Assembly: GCA_003971905.1 (NCBI GenBank)
Contig: RSEE01000080.1
Location: 1-64,000 of the forward strand
Reading direction: 5' to 3'
Length of the DNA stretch: 64,000 bases
Source of the DNA: Moniliella sp. 'wahieum'
Lineage: Eukaryota
Of the stretch, positions 27,418 through 38,059 are shown piece after piece. Every line of letters starts with the position of its first letter. Positions within the stretch are counted from its first letter, which is position 1. The position numbers and the translations under genes are program-made. Below the pieces are notes generated by a model. The model ran no database searches and was not told where the DNA came from. It saw nothing but the letters and a program-made list of their open reading frames with translations.

Positions 27418-29920
27418 CAACACAGCGAGGGCGGGGAAGCAGAGGGGAAGAGGTGTGGACGGAGGGTCGAGGGGATGACAGAGGGTTTGGGGTACAGCTC
27501 CGGAAGAGGTTGTATAATATACTACTTTTTATATAGATGAACGGTTCGGTTTACTAGACGCAGTGTTTCTTTGTCCCAGCCTTAAGCTCTCTACTGTTAA
27601 TGATATGGATGATGCACAGAATAGAGATGCATGCCGCCTTAGGCTGCGCTGAGGATCATTAGCAGCCACGCTAGTCACGCGTCACGCCTTTTGAGCGTTG
27701 AGGAGATCGATAGGCTTGGCTGCCTGGACGTCACTTGCAGCCCCCCTTGTGTCCATCTTGTCTCCAGCTCCCAGCCTCCACCTCCCATCCGGATGGACGG
27801 GATCAACGTTTAACGCACTTAACGATCCATCGGTCGGTGGACCGCGGATGAATAAATGATCATCAATCATCCACAATCATCTTTTTGCGGCAGATCTTCT
27901 GTCTGACCTTCTCAACAGCACGTTATGTATTTCCCCGATCCGAGCTGCCACAGCTTCAGTGATTAATGATCGATTAATGACTTCAGCATTTTCTCAGCGC
28001 TCGCTCAAATACTCAGTCACTGCCTGAGCCCCTCAGTACTATACTCAGTTGAGTACTGATATTATACTATGACGGATGAGATGAGGTGGCAAACGCGGCG
28101 TCTACACCCCGGTAGAGAATTCCAGACCAGCACTACACAAACTCTATAGGCATCTCGTTCTCCGCCTAACTGGTTGCTGTGGCAGGCCCCGCAGGAGTTA
28201 CATTGACTAGTGACTACTGAGTGCGACATTATAATCTCTACTGAGTACTCAAGCCGCGCCGTAGGCCCGGTGGTCTTCTCGTATCATATGTCAGAAGCCC
28301 CGCCCCAACGCAAACATCATGTCACAAGGCCCCCGCCCCAACGCAAAAGAAGGGAAAAGGGGTGGACTGTGTGGGGCAAACACAGAGAAGGACTTGGGTC
28401 CTCCTGGGTGCCCGCACCGATGGTGGAAAGGACTTGGGAGGCTACGCAAAACACAAAAAGGCGCCACCTGTTAATGTCATAGTTGGGTTGATTTCGCTCC
28501 GATTTCCAATTTCTATAGTACGTCCCGATGAGCACGACAAATTGAAACATGCAAATGTGGGGTTGGAACATCCGTTAATGTGGAGCAGCGGAGCCGCGTC
28601 GGGCAGAAACGTGCCTGAACCCTGATGCTTGTGGCGGCAGCGATATTGGGCTGCATCGTGCAACCTTCGCCTCATCGTCTCTGGCCTCACACTCATACAT
28701 CATGCTGGATAATGGTCTGTGCGCTTCAGCCCAGCCCCGGGGAGTGAGACGCCTATCGATCATTTGGCTCTATCCATTTCCCGTCAAGAGGAGGCCTACG
28801 TGCGCACGCACATGCGGATCATCAACGCGTCACCCACGGCCTTCATTTGCCGGTAAGTGGAAGGAAGCCTACGCAGTGCGCACCCACAACCAGATCATCA
28901 AAGCGTCGTCCACGGCCCGACCTCCTAACGTCGAGAGCCACAGTTCGGGCTGATCGGTTGGGGTTGCTCCCTTTGGCCTCGCTACTGGTACGGATGACAG
29001 ACGACTGACACCAAACCTTACCCATCCTCATCACGCAACTATGCAGTATACCAAATGGACGAGTCTTCGCCGTTGCCCCCTCCACCGACAGCGACTACGG
29101 AAGGTGTCTTCTTCTTCTTGGCCCGCTTGTCCCACAGGTGCATGGCGCCGTTCGTTGCAATCCTCAGTCTGCGCCACGTCTGTGCTCAGCGCCTTGGCGC
29201 TCAATTGACTTCCAGCAGATCCTCAAATCCATGTACGGCTTGTGGTGCACTGGACTTCGCATAGCGTATTCGTTCACTACCAGCCGCTTCCCGTTTTCAG
29301 TGGTTATAGCATGATGAGACTCCCAGTGGCTTTAGCATGGGACACCTCCGGGATGTGAAGGCTTAATTGTGGCTCACCGCTCACCACTTTGCCTTCACGC
29401 GTTGTCTGAAGGCTGCTTTGCAGCTGTGATCCATAGGTTCACGAGTGCACCCAAGTCGCACTCTAGCCAAATAGAGCTTGCCTAGGCCCCTGGCGTGCCC
29501 CAAAGGAACACTGTCCCACCACATGCCACAGACCACAACATGCGTGCCAGAGTGTTAATGCGAAATGATGTTTGCTGGCCGAGAGCTCTCTTATATACGG
29601 GCCATTTAGTCAATCAGCACAGATGATGTCCAAATGTCAGCGGGTTTTCCTATAGAAGAAAAATGCCACCTGTCACAGTGCGGGGCGGAACAGGCGAGTG
29701 AGACCCATCAGACCGGACAACGTCGGGGAATGTACCAAACACATTTGTGGGAAAAGAAGCAAGAGCAGATGTATCATGGAGCAAAGAAAAGAGCAATTGG
29801 GAAAGATCCAGAAGCCCTCGAGAAGATAGGAGCGAGAAGAGTCGATCTGCGCTCAGCCAAACTGTGACACCGCCTGTTGGACCATATTTTGTTTGTGCCA
29901 ACAGCGATCGCTATTAACTT

Positions 29921-32900
29921 TTACTGCTGCTGCGACCGCAGGCGCGCCAAGACCGCCGCCACAATCTCCGACGCTGGGTTGAGCTCGACCCAATCTAACC
30001 CGACAGTTGCACCTTTCCCAAGGCGTATGATGCCCCGAGACTGCGACACGCCACACAAAAGGATCACAGATGCGATCCGTCGATGGGAGTGGCGTTTTTG
30101 GAGCGGAAGAGATATGATGAGAGATATCATATATGGGGGGAAGTGCTGTTAGTATTTCTTCTGCCCGTTCTCCCACCCGAGCTCCGGGACCGAGTGGTTG
30201 AGAAGACGCACCTCTGCCAGCTGGGCAAACTCTGCCCACTTGGTCTTTCCTGCCCGCGTAAACACCTGGGCGTCCCATTGCTTCACCATTTCCGCCACGT
30301 TAGACCGCCGATGGCGCGAGCGCAGCGATGCGTCCGCACCGTCAGTCCCTTGTGACTCGTTCAATTCATGGAGCACCCACCAACGAGGCAAAATATTGAG
30401 CAGATGCGCATCCGGCGCTGGAACTGGACCTGCCTGGCCCCTGGCGTTACCTAGCGCTCGTTTCGGTGTAGCACGCGCCGAGCTCGATGCCCTCATGGCA
30501 ACGGCCGTGCCCAGTGCGGGAAATTCAGACGAGACACCAGGTCCAGCTGGTCCAGTCCGCCCAGGTACCGCAGCAGTGGACTTGCTCAATCCGTTGCCGG
30601 GTGCTGTTTTGCTGAAAGGTATCCTGCAAGCAAGCTTGTACCACGTCCGACTCGGTCCGTAGCTGAACCATACTTTGTCCGCCCTGCAATACACATTTGA
30701 CTACCTTGTTCCGCTTCTCGTTCGCGTTAGCTTTTCATTTTCCTCTTCAATATATCCAGGACCACACGTACCTCACACAGTTCCATATACTCGGGCCATC
30801 CCTTGACCCCAGCCACTCCATAGACCGACGGGTACGTCTGCTCCATGTTTCCGCTCACCACATTGGAGAGCATCTTGAAGTCCGGAATATGCTGCATTTT
30901 ACTAATGCGCACCATAGTGTTGACCAACGGCGACATAGAACGGACACAGGCCGAGTCAACGTTGTTGGTTGGGCGCTTGGTGGCGGGAAGTTGTCCATCA
31001 TCTGAGGCGCTAGCTGTGGGGAAAATGTTGGAAACCTGGGCACGCTTGGACTTGCGCTTAGATCGGTTCTGGGACAGAGAAGATTGCCCTGACATGGGGG
31101 GGTGTCATAGTGGAACTGTGATTCTTGTCCCGTCACTTCTTCCACCTTAGATGTGTCCGTCGTGGGGGTTGTGGCAGGGTGCGGAAGGGTTCGGACACGC
31201 CCTTGTGCCTCGCCCCCATTCTGTTTGAATAAATAGCTGAGGGTGCTATTGATGTCGGCCTTCGAATTGTATTAACCCTTTCCTGCTCGGGTTTCTAGGC
31301 CAGTGGGTCGATGAAGGAAGGGAAGTGTTGGGTTGCAGAGACGGCCCTTCCCTGCGGCGATTGGTCAGCTGATACGTTATTTTTCGAGGGGTACGGGCGT
31401 TGGGAGTTACGGTTGGAAAAGCAGGCGTGGAATCATTTCCTTGTGATAGGGATTTTGGTCCAGCAATATCTTCCAAACCTGAGGAGGAGAGGGGGAACGG
31501 TAGCTGCTGTTTCTTGGAGGTGATCAGCCTTACTGGCGGAGGCGCTGCCTTCCTGCAGTTCAGGTGAAGAGGAAGTGCAAGATGATATGTTTGCCTTCTT
31601 CGGATCACGAGGGATAGAACTGTCAATATTGATGGCAGTGCAGCCGTTTCCCAAGTTTGAAGGGCTGATTGGGGAATGGAAGTGATGGAATTAGTTTCTT
31701 GTTGACGGGTCAAGGGCAACGGCTCCGACGTCTCCAGGCTGCCACGGACCACATCTTCCGTTTCAGCAGCTTGTTGATGGGTGGAAGGGTCAATGGTGGG
31801 ACAGATTGTATCCCCTGCATCACTTTCGTTGGATCGAGGGTGAGAATTGTTATAGCGTTCATTTTCTTGCACCAGCAGCGCCAACATTCCCGTTCCCATC
31901 TTGACCGCTGTTGGTTTTTCCCGAGTGCTGAGGAAGAGGTCTTTGAACATTGTGTGCAGGATGCCTCCTCTAGATCCCCCCTGTTGTGTTCAGGTTTGAC
32001 TTTGAAACCCACGACGCATTCGCTAAATCCTTAACCGATGGTGCCGAAGTAGGGTCATAGTAGCTGTTCCTGGTCCCAATAGACGATGCAGGTGTGCCGT
32101 GACAATTCTGTGACCCTTGGTTGGCTCTCCTGCCTCTTTTCTGGGAAAAGGATGCAGCGAAAACGGAGTGGGATCCCGGACCCCAGCAGCATTGGAGGAT
32201 AAAATAGGTTGATGATGCATCCCTAGCGGCCTGGATCCGCTGTCCACGGTCCGACGCCAGTTGGTATCATCGATGCCATGGGAGACAGGGGGGTGGGATG
32301 AGCCAGGTCGTAAGCTTGTGTTCCGATGTCACGTGAAGATTGGTCCAATGACTTAGGAGGCTGGATAGAGTGTGTGGACATCCGATCTTCCCACTTGGCG
32401 TCCTGAGGAGGAAGGGAGAAAACAAGGGTGCGATTCCCAGTATTCTTGCTCCCAGTCCAAAAATCTGGAAATATCGCTGTTATCACAAGAAGAGATGGTG
32501 TGCAAGACGGTATAGCCGCGCTCGAACAGATGTGGAAATACTTTCAGGGGAGAGAAATTGGTGGTAAGGATGAGGACGTGGGCTGGAGTTTGAACAGAAA
32601 TCAGAAACTGGGCCAAGTCGGACGTTAAAGTGAGAGAAGAAGAGCCAGGATCCGAGAGTACATGTACTCGGACTCCAATCTGGTCGAACATGCCCCACCA
32701 CGCTTGTTCTGTGGTCGCCTCCCCTCCATTGTTAGAACGGAAAAAGCATTTTGAGAGTGTCGGGGTGGAGATACATGTTAAACTGTATGTTCTCGACGTG
32801 TCATGGCCAGCATCAGCAAGACCATCTAGCAGGACGGTAGACTGCATGTAGAGGCGGAGCGGTCCACGACGGCGACGAGAGTCAGTCCTGGGGCGGGGGG

Positions 32901-33209
32901 CAAGCCTATGCAGAACCAGACCGGAACGAGAAGTCAGTGAATGATGCCCACGCGGTTGTTGATCAAGGGATGAAAATGGTGAGGGGGGGATGTTCGGAGA
33001 TTGATGGGTAGTATAATACGCACTTCGACGTCCCAGTATACTGCATACACACGTCGTGCTGTATGGGAGGTGATGGTGGTGGGAAGAGGGGTTGTAAAGG
33101 GGGGGCCCACGATGAGGGGCCCGCGAATGTGCTTGGCGACGCCCAGGCTCGCCACGATGGAGACGGCGACTGAGGTGACGAGGACGATGGTAGTGGAGAG
33201 TGCGGGCAT
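29921..33209 (-). CDS. NYN-domain (MARF1/limkain-b1-like) protein with N-terminal hydrophobic segment and two C-terminal LOTUS/OST-HTH-like domains
   Basis: Splicing out intron 32906-33023 gives VYAVYWDVE|ACP (compare NYN FWDxENCP). Downstream SDLAQFLISVQTPAHVLILTT...RGYTVL follows NYN beta/alpha order. Two repeats of S.V...M....P/A.VY/F..AG...W.EY/F..L.E, each interrupted by an intron after the same Glu codon. Confidence 0.7.
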
Positions 33210-34303
33210 GGTGAGATCCGAGCAAAAGCAGCAGAGAGCAGAGGAAGGCGGAGGCGCAGTGGTTTGAGGGATAGGGGTGAATGATGATGGTGGTGGTGGG
33301 TGGGAAGAGAGGGGATGGCAGCGAGTCGCATCCCGACAGGGTATATAGTGTTGCCACAGTCGCCGGGTGCTTATGTCCAGGAGGATGTTGTGAGTACAGA
33401 GTATAATACGATACTCTTGCCAAAGAAAGCATAACTCTCCATCTAGTGCTACTAGTACTTAAATACAGGTGCAGGGGGATTGCCAAACGGCCAGTGAGGG
33501 AGGGAGGGTGAGCTGGACGCGATGCAACCCCACTGAGCCGCACTGGGCGCTGCGCCTTTGCGTCGCAGCGCCGCCTGTGGGGTTTGCGGTGCGCACCTTG
33601 CCCTGTGCCGACCCCCGGGATTGACACAAGCGAACAGTACGTCGTTGGTTGCGCCCTCTCTTCTTCGTATACCGTATGGACCCTGCCTAGGGGCACTGGT
33701 CACTATATTATAGGTCTTCTATAGTTATTGGTTTTCAATGCCCATTAACCATTCCCCAAGCAAGCTGTCCAACGTCGTCGCCCTCTCAATAAACTGGCCT
33801 GCGCCACAAGATGGATGGGGCGTCTGCGTTGATATATGGTACAGCACGGGAAAGCAAGGCAACAGGCGCGACAAGAGATCAATTTTAGCTAGTATACATA
33901 TCTCGGTGTTAATCAATATCCAATCAGGGCGAAGCAAGATTGCAGGGGTGACCGGTGTGGTTCTGCTGCATATCGTACTTTTTTCGACTGTGGCGTCACT
34001 CCATCTTCTGCATCATCACCGTAGGGGAAGCTCATCTCCAGATCATTGATCATCGTCAGATCCAATGCTTGCGTCGCATTTCGTGGGCCAGCGTGCATAG
34101 GCAATCGTCACAGAGAGCTACGACAACAGGAGGACACAACAACGGAGGGTATGCGCATCAATAGCCCAAACAGGGGACAACAAAAGAAGGGAATGAAAAG
34201 GAAAAAACAAAACCACCCACTGCAACCACTTGTCACATGTCATTGGCAGTCGCGCCCTGCTTTAATGACGGCTCAAGTTGAAAGTCGACGGTTCCGTACC
34301 CGC

Positions 34304-35138
34304 TCAGCCGGTTATGAAGTTGGCTGAGGTTCCGACTCGATTTGATCCAACTGCGATATCTCGTCCTTCACAGCTGGCTGGCTGGTTCTGCGTTCGTCCC
34401 TGGGTAGACATGACAGCGGTTGCCGTTGTTGCCGACATGCCAGCGAAGAGCTGGGGCTCGCGTAGTGCTGGCTGAGGTAACACGAGCAACGCTGGCCGAC
34501 GTCGACCGCGGGCGCGGACCAAGCCGACAGTGCCGGGTCCAGGATTAGCCGTCGTCTTGGTCTGAGGCGCGTAGCGAGCCCGCGCGAGGGGCGTGAAGGC
34601 GGGAAGCGCCAAGCGTGTGCTCACACCGACGTTCACTGCCCCATCCGCCGGTCCAGGTGGAATGGCCAACGAGTTGGCGGCCAACGGCGTTGGGGCGCAT
34701 GTGGCCCTCAGTCCCATGAGACGAGGAAGGGGCACCCACCCCACTGTTAGGGACGCTAATGGACAGAGACGAAAGAAGAGGCCAAACTAGGGTGACGCGA
34801 CCGATGCCGCTGTCGGGACGAAGAAAACCAAATGGGGATCGACCTTGGCCTTCAACGGAGCGTCCATGACAATCTCCTGGGCAGCCCGAGACAGAACGAG
34901 ATCGGAACGGTTAGGTGAGTCAATGCCAGTCGGAGGATGAGGTGACCGGCCTGCCGCTTTTGCGACTGCGATGCGAGTGTGGCGGGAAAATGATTCGCTT
35001 GGAGCCAAAGTGGAAGGGTCAACTTTGGGCTTGAAGCGCCTTGAAGCGCTTTGCGCAAGAGACAGGGTCCTTTAATAAGGACGCTAGTGTCTTTGCCTCA
35101 ATCATCGCCGCGTCGCTTCGATCCGAGAATGAAGGCAT
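34304..35138 (-). CDS. Hypothetical protein; frameshifted, probable intron ~34744-34802
   Basis: Consecutive minus ORFs MPSFSDRSDAAMIEAKTLASLLKD..., APSESFSRHTR...FFVPTAAS; CTAAC-AG acceptor; continuation in ORF 34304..34744. Confidence 0.45.
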
Positions 35139-35259
35139 TGCTACCCCTTGCGAGGAAGAAAGGATGGATGGCGAGGATGGCTCGTGGTCCGCCGCATCAA
35201 ATCCAGTCCGAGACAGAGAGAGGGAGGGATGCGGCTCGCCTTCGGATGCGAAAGGAGGT

Positions 35260-37512
35260 TCAAAGGAGCACCGCCGGGCGAGCCGCGCGGGACGAAACAT
35301 GAGACGCGGAATGCGACTGGCGGGACAGAAGCGAATGGGGACGCGAAAGGTGGGATCCTGCCGAGGGATGGGACGCGTGTGAGGTGGTGCGCGAGGGAAT
35401 CGGAACAGTTTCCTTCAACCCGCCCGCCCGAGCACCAGAGCGGATAGAAGGAGACCGAGACGAGTGCGAGCCCAACTCTTCCCGTTCCAGGACGGCGACG
35501 CCTTGTTCTAGCCGCACCCGCGTCGCCTCAAATACTTTGGCTTTCCCACGGAACACTTTGTCGCGTAGGGCTTCCGGAAGAGAAGCGTCGGACTCGCTCC
35601 CCTCGGGCTCAGGCCCGGGAGAACCCAAGGCGGAAGCGGGACGTACAACGGACTCGGTGGGTGGGGAGACGGGGGGCACAGCGGACTCGGTGAGTGGGGA
35701 GACGGGGGGCACAACAGACTCGGCGGATGGGGAGAGGGAGGCACAACGGTCTCGGCGGGTGGGGACGGGTGGTACAGCCGAGTCTACCACGATCAATTGA
35801 GGCAGCGGTTCAGATGGTGAATGCGGTAGTACCTGTTCCTTGGAAGAGTCGAGGGCGGGCGACTCTGAAAGGGACTGGCCGGCACAAGTTGATCGTCAGG
35901 AGGCGCAGGCGCAGGGGGGGCTGACAGGTTCGTCTCTGCCTTTTGATCCGACGCCGCAGCTGGGCTCAGCACGATATCCGCGGTGATTTGAGCCCAGAGA
36001 TGTGCTTGGTCGCGAATCTGGTGTCGTGTTGAGACTTGTTCGGGATCTTTTCCTTCCTTGACCGCCAATGCCAACAATTGCCGTTCCCTCTCGCTCTGCA
36101 ACACCGAGCGAAGTTTGTCAGCGTTAACCAACTGAGCGGTGCCGCTCGAATTGGGTTGGTCTGAGTGAAAAATGTCTTCTACCGGGGGAGAGTCGGTGTT
36201 GAGGACAAAAGGCGTGTAATGGAGCAAGGGACTGTCGTCCGGGGAGATAGATAGGAGTGAGGCCTGATGCTGGAGCGGCTGTTGCTCAGGTTCCGTCTTG
36301 GTCCGAGGCGGGTGTACCGGGAAGGAGGATGGATAAGGACGGCCAAGCCTGGTCGGAGGCTGGGGCATGGCACGGATCAGCCTCATCTCTGCATCAATAT
36401 CGGTTGCTGTGGTCCCCGCCACGCTCGGAGCGGGCTCGGCGGACGCGTTCTCGTCCACTGGACCGATCGGGGTGGGCGTACGCGCGGTAGCTGTCGCCAC
36501 CGCCCATGATCCATCGAGGGTAGGCACAAACCCGGTACTGGAGCGGAGCGAGGTCGAGCGGAGGGAAGCGTGGTGGAACGGGTACCCCAAGCTGGTGAGA
36601 CGGGCAAGGTAGCGATGCTGGTGTGCTGGCGCGTGCATGCCCAGGCAGCGTAGCATCAGACGCCTCCTCGGTCCAGGTGTAGGCGACGCCGATTTGGTCC
36701 GATTCAGGTGCATCCTGCTCGTCCGGTGGAGTTTCACATACATGCTGCTCGTCCGGCTGGGACGCTGTGGCAGGATCGGAGGGCAAATCTGTCGTGGTGG
36801 TGGGAGGGGAGCGGAAGCGATCGTGGAAATGAGCAGCAGTCCAGAAGGCTTGAGGAGGCAAGGGCCTGGGACGCCTCGGGACTCAAGGCGGGAGGAGTGG
36901 AGGATGAGGGGGAGGGGTCGTGTGAATGACGCGCGGGAGCAAGGGAGGAGATGGAGGGTTCAAGTGAATGGCGCGCAGGAGGAGGAAGGGAGGAGAGGGA
37001 AGGTTCATGTGAATGGCGCGCGGCAGGAGGGGAGGAGGGCGAGGGTTCATGTGAATGGCGCGAGGGAAGAGGGGGGAGGAAGGAGTGGGTTCATGTGAAT
37101 GGCGCTCGGGAGGAAGAGAAGGGGCGCTGGGCTCGGTCTCGTCGTCGGCCTCCGAGGTCGGAGGCAGGATGGAGGGCACGGCCAAATGGGGCGCGCGCGT
37201 CGTCATGGCGGCCCTGGCGGCCTTGGAGCGGAAGGATATGCGGCGGAAAAAACGGCTGGGTGCCGATCCGGCTCCGAGCGACTCAGGCGCAGGCAAAGAG
37301 GAGACGGAGGGGTTGGAGGGGAAGCTGACGAGGTCGAGCGAGTCGTCGTAGTGCCGCCGCGCAAACAGACGCCGGGCGGGGCGGCGGGGGCGGGGGACAT
37401 CGGCATCGGCATCGGCGGGGGCGGGGGCGGGAGCGGTGGCGGTGGCGGTGTCGGTGTCTGTGGGTGGGAGTGTCTGGGGGTGCGCGAGTACCTGCGCATC
37501 CACATCCGCCAT
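35260..37512 (-). CDS. Hypothetical low-complexity protein with internal peptide repeats; frameshifted
   Basis: Chained minus ORFs 36883..37512, 36394..36861, 35793..36743 and 35260..35796; contains RHSHEP and ESAVPPVSPPT repeats. No recognised domain; 3' end uncertain. Confidence 0.55.
35649..35748. repeat. 33-bp coding tandem repeat (3 copies)
   Basis: CGGACTCGGTGRGTGGGGAGACGGGGGGCACAR units; encodes ES(A/V)VPPVSP on the minus strand. Confidence 0.8.
36915..37105. repeat. Five interspaced copies of GTTCATGTGAATGGCGCG with purine-rich linkers
   Basis: Copies at ~36918, 36958, 37003, 37045 and 37089. Confidence 0.85.
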
Positions 37513-37859
37513 GGCGCGTCCAAGCGGCGGCGGCGGTGGAGTTACCGCGGCGGCAGTAGGCGATGGCGGCGGACAATGACTGGACTGAGTGGGATCGGCT
37601 CACGCGGACCGGTGAGCGTGCCAGCCACAGGTGACCGGTGAGACCAACTGGGGCGAGGTGCGCACACTGGCCCTGGGCGGCGCTGCTCCACTCAGCGGCA
37701 CTAGGGTTGGCAACGGCCTCGCATGGGGCCAGTGGGCGCGCTATGTTGCACATGACGCGAGTACGAGTACGGGGTACTGGGCAGCATACTTGTGTGGACA
37801 TTACAACTAGCATAGTAGAGTACAATACAGCCGCCCAACATCCAACTCAGTGGAGTACG

Positions 37860-38001
37860 CTGAGTGTGAGAGTGTTGTGTAGAGAGTTGAGAGTGTTGCG
37901 TAGGGAGATGAGAGTGCTGTGTAGAGAGTTCAGAGTGTTGAGTTGAGTGAGTTGAGTGTTGTGTATGAAGTGTTGTGTGTTGAGTTGATTGTTGTGTGTG
38001 T
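37860..38001. repeat. 21-bp tandem repeat grading into GAGTT/GTGTT low-complexity sequence
   Basis: GAGAGTGTTGTGTAGAGAGTT-like units three times, then degenerate. Confidence 0.75.
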
Positions 38002-38059
38002 TCTGGAATCCCGAGGGCCAAGTTTAACGCCCTCAACGCCGTTGGCGGAGGTGTGCTGC

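Noticed and set aside
33700..33726. Resemblance to U3 snoRNA box A (ATAGG..TTCTATAGT)
   Set aside because: It lacks the GATCA core and downstream C', B, C and D boxes; it is just a short ACTATA/TATAGT inverted repeat.
36915..37105. CRISPR-like repeat-spacer array
   Set aside because: The context is eukaryotic, the repeats are only 18 bp, the spacers are similar low-complexity purine tracts, it lies inside a CDS, and there are no cas genes.
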